Shown here piece by piece: positions 1-13,367 of a stretch of 64,000 nt of DNA. The notes beneath the pieces were generated by a model that was not told the DNA's origin, ran no database searches, and worked only from the letters and a program-made list of their open reading frames with translations. Each line of letters begins with the position of its first letter. Within the stretch, counting starts at the first letter, position 1. Source of the DNA: Bispira polyomma (Eukaryota); contig OZ287761.1 in NCBI GenBank assembly GCA_965649765.1, forward strand, positions 3,596,001 to 3,660,000. The letters run 5' to 3'. The position numbers were made by a program, and so were the translations under genes.

Positions 1-117
1 CCATTGCAGTGTTAAAAGTGACCCCTTTGCTACAATTGGTGATAAAAGTACTTGTCACAAAAGTGACCTCCTGCAAAAATTAAAGTGTGACCGCTCATAA
101 ACATTGTGGTGACAAAT

Positions 118-323
118 TTGAATTTAGTTAGTTGGCTTTGGTCATATCACAGTGGCCAGATTTAATGGTAGAAGAAGATACAAGTGCTGAAGCCACTGTG
201 TAAACCACGACCTACCTGACAAACTTTCCCACGTGAAGGAATTAACGGGATTCAAACCCACATTGGTGAGAGGCCAGTGATTGTAAAGCAGGCGCTAAGC
301 CAACCACTAGGCCGACGTGCCCC
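118..323 (-). mobile_element. tRNA-derived SINE copy
   Basis: Minus strand reads GGGGCAC..GGCCTAGTGG (A box) ... GGTTTGAATCC (B box) ... GGGAAAGTTTGTCAG ... GATATGACC tail; many paralogues in the window. Confidence 0.75.
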
Positions 324-2092
324 TCAGTAAATGGACAATCGAGAGATCTTATAATGGGTCAGTATTTGGTCAAAGATGCTGAAACATCACCATTGCATTG
401 TGACAAAAGTGATGTCTAAAATGGTGACAAAAATGACCCATTGCCCAAAAGATAGTGACACAATTGTTGATTTCACAAGTTACAGTCACGTAAGTGAGAT
501 CCCTTCGCCACTTAGTGTAATAACAAGATAAGTAGCATGTGGGATGAAGTGGCTGTATCAAGTGTGTGAACAAATAATAGGCAGTGACAACCTTTTACTA
601 CTTTAAAGAACGAGATAAGCTTATTACAAGGAGGCCAGAGGTCATATTCTTGAAGGTCAACTCAGACTGAAGCTCCACTCTGAAGTCCCAATATCTCTGG
701 CTAGGGTGGACTTAACTCAAATCTGATTGTATATTTGAATCTGAAGGCTATACCAAAATGAATGGTTACAAGTATAGGTTCCAGATTCCATATAAACAAT
801 GACTTCCACAGATAGCTTTTAATTGAGATAAGATTAATTAGATTAATGAGTTTAAATAAGAGTTTCTTTTGGAGAATACGTAGGCCCCTATAATTATCAA
901 AAAGGGGTCTTAAAAACTTACACTTCTGCTTCAACTGAGATACACTGCTAATATATAGATTTCCATATCAATGGGAGAATCACCTGGACATGTGACCACT
1001 TGTTTTATTAAAGCTTTTAGCGAGGAACTATATAGTCAGATTTTAGATATCTCTTCAATGTACACAAAGATTCACAGTGGGACAGATTTTTAAATTTTTT
1101 TCGAGGCTAATAATTAAGACTTTTGGCCCCAGGTTGGGTACTTCTCATTGATTTGTCAAATGACAATTACTTCATCTTACTTCCGAAAAAAACTTTGGCT
1201 AACTTCACTTTTAGAACTTTTAACAACATACATAACCTCTTTTTGAAGTGAAACTGTTTGATTAAATGCATTATTCGCATTAAAAAACGGGTAATTTGTT
1301 TTTTTTTTCAATGTAACTAAGTACGTCTGAGGTTATAAAATATGGTCGTCTATACTACTGATTTCACAAAATGTTGGGGATTTTGCCAATGCAAACAACA
1401 AAACAAAGCATGCAAGTCAATGTAAAAACACTACAAATACTTGTATAACAGTAGATTTATAATACTTAATAGTGAGTGATCACAGTATATCTACACTCTT
1501 CTTATATCAAGATAAAAACAAACTTCCCACATCAAAATCTTTGTGGCTATGTATGACCAGACAGGTTTAGATCAATACATTTCACAAGTGTTAGGGAAAG
1601 CAAAAGCCACTGTTTTTTGGTCTCAAGTAGGTAGCATATTAAATCATTCTAGAAGGGTTTTTTTAGTGTGTGTAGCCCAATAAAATAAATAGTTTTATTT
1701 CTGCAGTACCAAAGGTCGAGAGTTCAAAGGTAATGATGTGGGTCTAATTGATATAAAACGTTCCAGATGATCACCTTATGCTAAGCATGAAGTCATCAAT
1801 AGAATGAAAGGATTGGTAATTTTAGATAAGATTGATTTGATTTGTACAGGTCATATCAACCAGTGTATATACTAGGTGGTCAAGATTCTATACTGTAAAC
1901 CAGTGACCATCGACAAGTAACTGCCACCTTGCCCACTTAAAGCCCCGATCGACATTCGAACCGGGAACTTAAGATGTCAGAAAATCTACCGCCAAGGAAC
2001 GTTTATTTCATACTTAGATGGTCATTCTTATATGAGAAAGGAGATCAAAATTTGACATTACGTTTTGATGATAGGCTTCCTATTGCTAGAAG

Positions 2093-2287
2093 TACAGTAG
2101 AACCTTTGTTATCCGAACATGCTGGGAGAGCAACACATTTGGTTCCGATAATAGAAGGTTCATCAAATGGTAGAGGTATTTTAGTTATATAACAGTTTCT
2201 AAACATGAATTTGGGAGAGTCAATTAAAAGAGTTCATAAAAATCGATTATTCAGATAATAGAGGTTTGAATAATAGAGGTTCTATTG
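2093..2287. mobile_element. Tc1/mariner(pogo)-type MITE, TIR CAGTAGAACCTCTATTATCCGAAC-like
   Basis: Inverted termini, TA on the left flank; family recurs through the window. Confidence 0.65.
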
Positions 2288-2359
2288 AAACCTTGAGTTT
2301 GAACCTTTAGTTTAAAAATATTTAGTGCAAAATAAAACCAAACCAAACCACACACATAC

Positions 2360-2645
2360 CCTCAACAACAAGCATAGCAGAAGCTTCTGCGACCCCAGCG
2401 GAATTTTCCGCTCGGATGGTGTACACCCCACCATCTTCTGGAAAACACTCAGGGATGTTCAGCCTTGACCTCCCGGGGCTGGGATCACTGATCTGATACA
2501 CCTCATTGGTGTGGATGGGTTTGCCATTGAAAAACCACGACAACGCAGGGAGGGGATCACCCAGCATGCAACACTCAAAACAGGCGCTCTCACCCTCGGT
2601 GACAAACTGGTCCTTGGGCTTCTCCTCCACCTCAGGGGACTTTTT
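2360..2645 (-). CDS. 286-nt exon encoding a complete I-set Ig domain
   Basis: KSPEVEEKPKDQFVTEGESACFECCMLGDPLPALSW...EDGGVYTIRAENSAG; TAG acceptor, GTATGT donor, phase 0 to 1. Confidence 0.93.
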
Positions 2646-5600
2646 CTACAAAACGAAAACAAAACAATTGCACCACAAGGGTCAAGGTTATGGAAAAAAC
2701 CCATTGCAACACAAGGTTATGAAAAAACCCTATAAAAAAAACCATGAATATACACAGGGGCCATATTCACAAAAAGGTCTTAGTCCTTACTTTGTCTTAG
2801 GCTTAACAATTTTGTCTTTGATTTTGGACTGAAAAGGGTAAGATTTTATGGTCTTAGTCCCAGTGACAGTAAGAAAAGATCCTTGCTTGGTGTTTTGCTC
2901 TTAACACCCTTAGACTATCAGTAGGCAGTCTTAAATGTTTTAGACATAAATGTTAAGCCTAAGACTAAGTTAAGACAAAGACCATTTGTGAATACAGCCC
3001 CATGAACTTTACCTCGACTGGAGGCATAAGAACATGAAAGTGAAACCTCCAATTCCAAGAGTGGTAAATTACTGTGTGTCCCTGGTTTTGGAATGGATTT
3101 TTCTGATTCTAAAAGTTTTACCTAAATATGGTTTTAATTTAAATTATAATCTACGAGTTTCCAATAATTGGCAGCAAGAGATATACAGTAATTTGCACAT
3201 TATTCTATTTTAATTTATGTTTTTCAAAAATCATCATCAAAATTTATAATAGTCTTATCATTAATCATATTACATTCATGTTTATCTAATGATTTTTTTT
3301 AAAAAGTACTTATAATATACATTATTTTCAAAGCCATTTTCAAAGCCATTTAAATTATGCCACCTTTTTGAGTAAATATTCTGCTAAATATTTTTTAAAC
3401 ATATTTATATGACTGATAAAAATTTAATTTTACAACTAAATCAAACAAAAGCATATTTACCTTTCGAAACAAAACATGAAACACTTATTACAATCCAAAA
3501 TTCATGCATTAAAATTCTAATTAAAACCAAAGTTAACATCACTGAACAAGGCAAAAAGAAACTATAACCAATGAAAAATGTGGATCAATATTTTATACAA
3601 TTATTACTATATAAACCCCCTCATCATGCACAAATGATCACTGTTGTCATGAAACTAGATTTGTTTTGGTACGACATTTTAAACGAAGTGCTGTCATCAC
3701 TCAATTCAACCATATGCCATGAATATCGGTTAAAACTATTTCTCAACTGTAGAATATATATTATGAATTTGTATAAGTTGTAAAATTACTTTTTTCACCA
3801 AAACTTAGTTAAATTAGTTTTTCTTGGGTAAATAATGTTCATAAATTGGTTAAAATTATGGACTAGAGTTTGGTTGTTATTAAAACTAAACAGTTTCTAT
3901 TTTCTACAGTGTAATGGTTAGAACTTTTATTAAAAGTGCAGTGGACAAAGTTTAGTTTAGGTATACCATCACTTTTAACACATCTTGTGCCACCTCACAA
4001 CAGGCAGTTCACTGGTGGAGGAATTCAGATTAGGGTAGGTTGGTAGTCAAAGTTTTCTGCTTCTACAAACCACCTGCCTTCAGCAAGTCTGCTGCCAGGT
4101 ATTTTACATACAGGCAAGGGTCAAGATTTGAAGCTATGACTGCCTATATGTAGGTGGGAGTCTGTTACCACATTTCAATTTTCTACTGTATGTATTTGAA
4201 TTTAGTTTGGTTTTTACGACCCTTTCAACAGCTTAGGTCATATCCTAATGGCCAGTTTTAATGGTTGAAGAAACCAATGGTTGAAGAAACCAGTGCTGAA
4301 GACACCGGTCTACGGCAAGTACCTGACAAACTTTCCCACATAAAAGAACAAACAGGGATTCAATCGCACATTGGTGAGAGGCCAGTGATGGTGAAGTTAA
4401 TGCTTCCGACTACTAGGCTAGTGTGTGTAATGGTTAAAAACTATTTTTTATATTTTGCTCTTAAATCTATTATGTGAGTGCTGTAAATGTTTCCATGACA
4501 ACAGTGAAAACAAAAAACAAACCAATGATAAACAACAACAGATATATAAACAAATCACACCTTTTCCACAGAAGTATCATGCAAAGACCCGTTCGTTTTT
4601 CTAGCATGCAACGTTGTTTCCTTTGCTGTGTACAATCGTGGCGAGCGGTACTCCCTCGGGGTTGTTTCCACTTCCTGTTCAGCAGACTCCAACTCACTTG
4701 CAAGGTTGTCGCCCGCAGCAACAAACTCCTGTTGATAGGGCTGATACAGCGAACCTGACAGCCGCATACTGCGAGTGATAATAGAGCTGGCCTCGCTTTC
4801 AGCTACGTCAGACTCGTAACCGGGAGCAATGTCTTCTTCAAAGGCCTCGTGGCCTACGCTATATCCTAAAGGCATTTGTGTAAACTGCAAAGATGGAGTC
4901 CCTTCATTCTCTCCTTTCGAATCACCAGTGTTAGAGGTCGGGGACGATAGGTGGCTGTCCTTATTACTTGATGGAGAAAGTTTTAAAATATCGTCATCAT
5001 ATTCAGCTGACCTGTGAGCTATAGTTAGCGACTGATGCTCTACAGTTGGCGACTGATGCTCTATAGTTGGCGATTGACATCCCAATGATTCTTTGACCCT
5101 ATCTGTCTCATCCGTTTGGCTGTCTGTCTTCTGAAGTACACCTCTGAAGTCCATCTGTACTCCCCCTGTACTCGGCATTGACTTATTAGGTGTCCCTTTA
5201 GTCCTGTGTAAGACGTTTCTAAAGTCCAGCTGTTCCGTGCTACTGCCTTTCTTCTGTGACATCAACGCGGATGAAAGCCCAGCATTACCAGCTTCACTTA
5301 CCTTACTTAACACATTTCTAAAGTCACCCTGCTTCACGTTTACATCGTCTCTAGGACTCGTATCCCTTGGAGACGACTGCTGCTGTTTCTTCTTTTCCGG
5401 AGATTTCAATAGATCCCTAAAGTCCCTTTGCTGTAGCAGCTTATTGTCGGAAATTCCATCTTTTGGTGCATCTGAATCTGCTTTCTTGAGGACGTCTCGG
5501 AAATCCTGTTGTTGTTCTTCTCTTGCCTTAGGACTAACCACCGCCCCTTGCCCTGGTTTTTCCTTAGGACTCAAGACTTTCCTGAAGTCTTTCTGGCTTA

Positions 5601-8600
5601 CCTTTGACTCTCCATCTTTGTCTTTTGCAGACCATGGCTTTTCCTTTGGACTTAACACCTTCCTAAAGTCAGTCTGGTTTATACCGGTCCCCTTTGGTGC
5701 TGAAACATCTCCATCTTTGTGTATTGCCGACCTTCTGCCCGGCTTTGCCTTGGGAATCAATACTGTCCTAAAGTCTGTCTGGTTTAGGTCCGACTCTTTC
5801 TCTGTTGCCCTCGGTGCTGGTACACCTGCGGTTTTGTGTAAGACGCCCCTAAAATCTAACTGTTCAGAGGTAGCATGCACAAGGACCTGGTCAGTGGGTT
5901 TAGTAGTAGTGGAGGACATGCGACCATCACCACTAAGAGTAGGAGGACGTGATGGGGTGATAGTATTATTAGTCATTGTGGGGGGAGTTAGGACAGCTCT
6001 GAAGTCTGTCTGGTTAGTACTACTAGATAGTTCATGCGGTGAGGAGGAGGAATCATCCAACGGCCTCGGTCTAGCAAAGGCGCCTACCTCCTTTCTGTAA
6101 AAGACGACAGAATAGAATAGTTTAGAAATGTAGAAATGTCTCTGAATACAAAAGTACCTCTAATATCTGAAGAGGAATCACTAGAATATGAATTTAGTTG
6201 GGTTTTTACGTCGCTTATTAACAGCTTACAAGGTCATATATCACAATGGTCACATTTAATGGCGGAAGAAACCAGGTACTTAAGCCACTGTGTAAACCAC
6301 TGACAAACTTTGTCACATGAAGTAAAAGACGAAAGAATAAAATATATCTATTACAGTAGAACCTCTATTATCCAAACTTCTTATTATCCAAATATTTGAT
6401 TTTATATTATAAGTATTTTACTTTTTCTATAATTGTTTTATACTAAAAATAGTTCTTCTTTACATGGATACATTATTCATGTGGCTTTAATTTGCCAATA
6501 CATCTAGCAGCATTTATTTTTGGCAGCGTTTATCCTTGACACCAGCTGTGTACCACAGCCCGTATTCACAAAGGGACTTGGCCAAGTCTTAGGCTTAAAT
6601 CAGTATATTTTAGGGATAGATTTAAGCATAAGACTTGGATAAGTCCATTAGTAAATACGGGCGCTGCCGTAAGGTTCACCTGTTATTGCATACATCTGTG
6701 TAATTTACATAGTTATAGTTCCTTAAAGTAAAATTATTACCACTTTCTACCTTTGGAATGTTTTAAATTTACTAAAACTTCTTTACTAATGATATAGAAC
6801 TGTACTTTTTTCTTACATTCATATAGAGCAACGACCAAGGAACAAATAGCAAGATGACTGTCTTATGGTCAGTGTTACTTATTCTTATCATTAACACTAT
6901 TATTACACACGTTGGATCTAGACAACTATATGTCATTGAACATATAAAGACAAAATAAAGACTACTTACACTTCTTTCTTTTTCAGCTGTTTCTTAAAAT
7001 CAATCTTCTGCGTGACTTCTAGAAAAACATGACCACAAGTATTTGAGCAATAACATGAACTTTACCATCATTACCATATCTTTAACAGTTACCTCCATTA
7101 ACGTCTCTAAAATATACACCCTTGCATTTTTACCATATATTTTCTAACAATTACCCCACTAACATGTCTTAAATAAATGTCCTTTCACATTGACAGGACA
7201 ATAAAACGTTTAGCTTACAGGGGCGGTATTTCACAAAAAGGGCTAAGTCTAGACATTGTCCTAAAATCTGGCATAAAAATATACCATTTCTAAAATAAAG
7301 TCTCAGCTTAGCTCTTTTGTCGAAAACTCTCCCTCAACATGTATTTGTGAAAAACATAAACTCAGTCAAAAGTTGGACTATTACAGTATGTTAACATTTG
7401 TGATTAGCAAAAACCAACCGATCAAATATTCCTACAAGAAACCTTAATTAAGCTTTAATATTGTTCCAAATTTGAATGTTAAAAGATATTACGAAACAGA
7501 GAGAAGCTAATAAAGTATTCAAATACTAAATATTACAGATGTAACAAATTGCATAATCTAAACTACTGATGAAATTTGAAATATAGTAATTTGAATTTAC
7601 ATGTAATTGTGTTTCACCTCGCTTTCAACAGTTTAGGTCATATCATAATGGCCAGATTCAATGGTGGAAGAAACCAGGGTTGACGCCAATGTGTAAACCA
7701 CAGACCTACCACAAGTAACTGATAAACTTTTCCACGTGAAGGAACGAATGGGATTCGAACCCACATTGGTGAGAGGATGAAATGAAATGATAAGAGTGAA
7801 GTCCACACAAATGCATGCTAAAAAGCCAAAAACACCTCACTTCCCTGAGCAATACACAAACTCCTCCCGACTATGACATCACAGTGACATCATCAGTCAT
7901 GTGACTTGGGTAAAGGTGGCGGTGGCGGTTGCATGGTTTATATTACATATATATAGCGTTGTTACACGGCAGTATTTTATATATAGAATATACATGAAAA
8001 ACACTGGCAGGGGAAATAGGTGACACACATACACACACACAATTGTATTTGGTTATTATTTACACAAGTGTTTAGAATTAAAGGTGATATTCCTACAGTC
8101 AAACCACTCCTATAAGTCGAAACATCAAGGGACAACTAGAAATACCCTCTACTTAGGCAGAATTTCCACTTAACAGGGTGGATTTTGAAAAGAAATTGCC
8201 TTTAGTAGGATTCGAGATATTTTCATTCACATAAAAGGGGACTTGCCTTAATAGAGTTCTACTTAAAGGGGTTTGACTGTAGTTAAGATAGCAAAACTAA
8301 ATACCTCTATTATCTGAACTATTACTGTCTAAATATTAAATATTTTATGTAGTAAACCGAAATTCTGTTAAATTATTCTCCAAAATTTATTTCCGAATGT
8401 TTCAATCTAATAAATTTATCAGTTTTTTTTTTTTTTAAGAATCTTCTGCAAACATATTTCTGTCCCCCTATTTTGGGTTCAGATAATACAGGTCTTGCGG
8501 TTTTGATAATACAGGTCTTGCGGTTTTAATATTTACAAAGGGTAAATTTTACAGCAAATTATACAGAGATTTCCATCAAAACAATAAATAAAATATTGAA

Positions 8601-11600
8601 CAAAGAAATTTGTTAGAAAAAACAACATATTGCAAAGTGATTAAAAACAGTTGTAAGGTTCTCCCCAAAACTGGTGTTCGTCAGGCAAATTTTAGTCTCA
8701 ACCTCGAGATTTCTTTATGACCTAAAAGCCTGAGCAGAAACGAAGCGCACAGCACAAAACGATCATCAAATACAATGAACACCAATTTAGCAAATGTTTT
8801 GGGGGGCTAACTGACGCAGCATTTTAGATTATATGTCTCTCTTGGCGACACTAACGCAGCACATACAGGAACCTGTTAAACGCTTAGCAACAGTTATTTT
8901 TTAAAATGATGGGTGAAGACAAAGCCATGACAAATTAGTAAGTAAATCTCACACCACAGCTGCTTCAGTTGATTCAATTAAATTTAACAAATTTTAAGAC
9001 CATATTTCCAACAGTTATATTTAAAATGATGGGTGAAGACAAACTCATGGCAAATTAGTAAGCAAATCTCACACCACAGCTGATTAATAGCCCTGTCACA
9101 CCTACACGTGCAGGAGCTTTGTGTGTGATGTTTTTAATTGTTTAGAAACTTAGAACAGACGTAGTAGAAGGTAATGCAAAAGTGAGGATCCCTGGTGCAT
9201 TCGTTCCCGGACGTTGCTTAATGGATATCGTTCAGGAAACGTCTCCGTTTGGTCTGCTACCACGATTATTTCAAACTGTTTGAAATAATCGTGACAGAGC
9301 TTTCCGTTTCTCAAGGACATCTCCACTCATCTTTGTAAGTAGCAGTAAGTAGCACGAAGTAGTGATTCGTCTCCACTTGTCTGTATTCGTCGTGGAACGT
9401 TTCACTAAGCATCATAACGCACCAGAACGCAGCCGTAAGTAGCAGTCACAAAAACGTCACAAAATGTCACAATCGACTGCACCTTTGTCAAAATGACGTC
9501 ACTTTGAAACAAAACTACACCTTTTTTAGATATATTGCTTTGCTATGTTGTGAGACGATAGCACGTGCAGGTGCGACCGAGCTTTTAGCTGATTCAATTA
9601 AATTAACAAATTTCAAGACCATATTTCCAAATAACACCCAGTCCTGGTGTCTTGGTGGTGACTTAGTGAAGCATGGACCAAGGAAGAAAGTTTAAAGTAG
9701 ATCTGCATAAAACTTGTTTGCCCCTTGGCATATAATTAAATAAATCAATATTTAATTCATTAATGATAAAATTATAATGTCCTAATATAGGCGATTGCTA
9801 GATTAAAAAGGCCTATACAGGTTGACATATTGAAATAATGTGAAAGAAAAAGGTTAATAGTCAATCTCCAACATTTAACATCCTTAAATATCATTTTATA
9901 TAGTAAAATTAAGATGTACAATGAACCCTCTATTATCCGAACATATTAGGGGAGATCACGATTTTGTTCGGATGATACAAGGTTCTTAAAACAGAAGATA
10001 TATTTTATTTTTATTAGAATTTTAGAAAATAAACAAAGATTTTAAATTTGGAAATTGTTGATTGTACAAAGATTATATTAAATAATTATTATAAAATTAA
10101 ATTAAAAAGACAAATTAAGAAAACAGGTGAGGGAAGGATAGACAAAATATAAGGTCACAATTAGAGCATTGAAAAATAAAAACATTGAATAAATGAATAC
10201 ATAAAATAACTGTAAATTAAAGGATTCCCTTCCATCCCACACACACACAGATAAATATATGGATAAATATTAATATAAATGTGGGAGTTACATATAAATA
10301 CCAGGAGTGGCTGTACTCGTAAACATTCAATTCTTAGAATTTTCTTAGTTTCAGATTTTTTGGTGAAATAATATCTTCAGCCAATGAAATTGTATGAGGC
10401 AAATGTCTTCAGCCAATGAAATTGTTTGGGACAAATGTCTTCAGCCAGTGTTATTGTTTGAGACAAAAGTTAAAGTAGGATCAGAATCTTTGTGTATAGT
10501 AGCTCAGATATACATGTAAGCATTTCCAACAATATATCCATTATAAACAGTAAGAAATTAGTAAAAAGCCATTTTTCCATTGCGTGTAAATTTCTTTTTT
10601 TCATAGTTGTGAACAAATAACAAATCAGTTTTAGACACAAATATTTCACAAAAAAAAAAAAGAAGCTCTCCAAAAATATTTATTTTAATTTGACCTTGAC
10701 CCTACCTTTGACGATTAAGGATACTGTGACCTTGACCTCTCCGTATTCGTTGATGACAATCAGCGTGAACTTGCCGGCGTCCGCCGCGTTCACTTTGTGT
10801 AAGACGAGCGTGCTGACGTAAAGGTTATTGTCCTCGGTTGCCGTGGCGATCTCGTAACGGTCCACCTGGTGTTCAATGGTCGTCTTGTCCTTCTGCCAGG
10901 TGATCTGTAGAGGGAGATAAACGGTTCTAAGTTTTAGAATTCTGAGCTCGTCTTCACAAAATGGTCTTCGTCTGAACTTAGTCGTAACCTTAACATTTAT
11001 GTCTATAAAACATTTAAGACTGCCTACTTTCAGTCTTAGTGTTAAGAGCAAAGTGAACACTAAGCAAACATCTTTTCTTAATGTTTCTGGAACTAAGACC
11101 AAAATCCAAAGCTTAAGACTAACTTATGACGAAGACCTTCTTTGAATACGGCCTACACAGGCTTACTCAGGTGTTCCTTTGAAATGACCACTATGATACT
11201 CAAAGGTCACCGTATCTCCATCGTGAGTAAATGACTGGCTTAGTGAGGTGACTAAATGACTGGTTTACTCAGGTGTACATATGAAATGACCTCTATTTTA
11301 CCTGTGGCTGAGGCTTGCAATTCAGTTTACACTCAAAGGTCACCGTTTCTGCATCGTGAGTAAATGACTGGCTTAGTCAGGTGAGAAAATGACTGGCTTA
11401 CTTGTGATTACATACAAATTTACCTCTATTTTACCTTCGGCTGCGGCTTTGCGTTCAGTTTACATTCAAAGGTCACCGTCTGTCCCTCGTGAGTAAATGA
11501 CTGGCTTAGTCTATTTTACGTGTACATATGAAATGACGTCTATTTTACCTGTGGTTGCGGCTTGGCATTCAGTTTACACTCAAAGGTGACCGTTTCTCCC

Positions 11601-13336
11601 TCATCCACCACTTGGGCTTTGGGTTTGGACACGATGGTCGGGGCGATGCCTTCCTTCTTGACGGGGGACGGACTCTCCGGGGCTGTCATAGAAACAAGGG
11701 CGGGAAAAACATGGTTAAACTTAACACACAGAACATTACTAATCTGAAGTCTGAGTACAGTAGAACCTCTATTATCCAAACTCCTATTATCCAAATATAT
11801 AATTTTATGAACTCACTTACACTCTACCTAACTAAAATTCCACTTTTAATTGATGAACCTTCTATTATCCAAACAAAATCTGGCTTCCCCCTGCATGTTT
11901 GGATAATGGAGGTACTGCTGTGCTACTATTTGCTTTGACAACAAATTCTGGAATTCACTGTGTACAGGGCGCTGCCATATTAAAAGTAGTTCGCTGCTAC
12001 TATTACAGGATTAGGGTTTCAGTGTCATCCTTAAAGGTTATTATTGTGTATTAGTACGCCAAAATTCAATATGGCCAAGCCCTGTCCAGTAAATTCTAGA
12101 ATTTTTTTTATATATGTCTTCACTACGAAAAGATATTTCACAAATACTATTTTCCTTAGGTGTCAAAATAGTATTTCATTTCTCCTTCAGTTCCTTGCAT
12201 ACAATAGGAAATTGTTATTGAATGCCAGAAGTAGTCTATGGTGTGGCTGTCTGTTAATCTCTTACTAGAAAAATTTCCTTCAGTTCCCGGAGATAGTTTT
12301 CTCTTGGGGTTAAAAGGTGGAAAGTTACAGATATTGACATGGAAGAAGACAAATTTGAAAAAGCAATATTAACAGTATAGCATGACCTGATTTTTTTTCT
12401 AAACTTTAGATTAGAAGTATGTAGAACAATCATTGCATTAAAACTGATTGATTTGCTTGAGCAATTCTGTTATAATTCATACAATTAAAGCAACTAGAAA
12501 GCTTTGCCATACTAATCACTTAATTACAATAATCTCCGAATATATTTTTTTCCCAAGAAGCATATGAAACCCCTCTTCACAAAGAGCAAAAGTCAGGGTT
12601 TCTTTGCAAAGAAAATATTTACAGATGAAGTTATAGTGTTTATTATTGTAGCACTGGCAAAAGATAATTTATAACCAACTGTTTGTTTTACCAAACTTTC
12701 CGACATGAAGGAATAAACAGGATTTGAATCCACAGTAGTAAGAGGCCAGTGATTGTGAAGCAGGCCTTTCTAACTTGTAGCTCACTACAAACTCTCAAGT
12801 GCAGATGTACCTAAACAAGTCAGGATTTGCTGGGGCGGTATTAACAAAATGGCTAAACAAAGACTTTGTCTTAAATCTAGCACAAAAAATATACTACATC
12901 TAAGACAAAGTTTCGGCTTGGACCTTTTGTGAATACGGCCCTTGTAATATAGTCAATAAGCTGCTTAAACGTTGTTTTGCTAAGATACAGTGTCTCTACG
13001 GTGACTGCCAATCAAAACGTACCTAAGACAACTAAATCTGCTGAACACGTTGCAGTACCATGGCTATTTTTAGCCACGACTGTATAACGGCCAGTATCCT
13101 CAGGGTAGGTTTCCTTGATCACTAACGAGCACAGCTTGTCCTCGTCGTAAAACTGCATGAAATCGTCAGACTGTTCCACCACGCTACACTCGTGGAACCA
13201 TGTGACCAGCGGTTTGGGGTTACCCAATACCGTGCACTCGAACAGGGCCGGGGAGCCGTCCTGTACATGCTGGGAAGTGAGGAGGCGGGTAATCTCAGGA
13301 CCCGCGGGTGACCCCTCTAGATCTTCAGCTATACAT

Positions 13337-13367
<31 letters not shown>

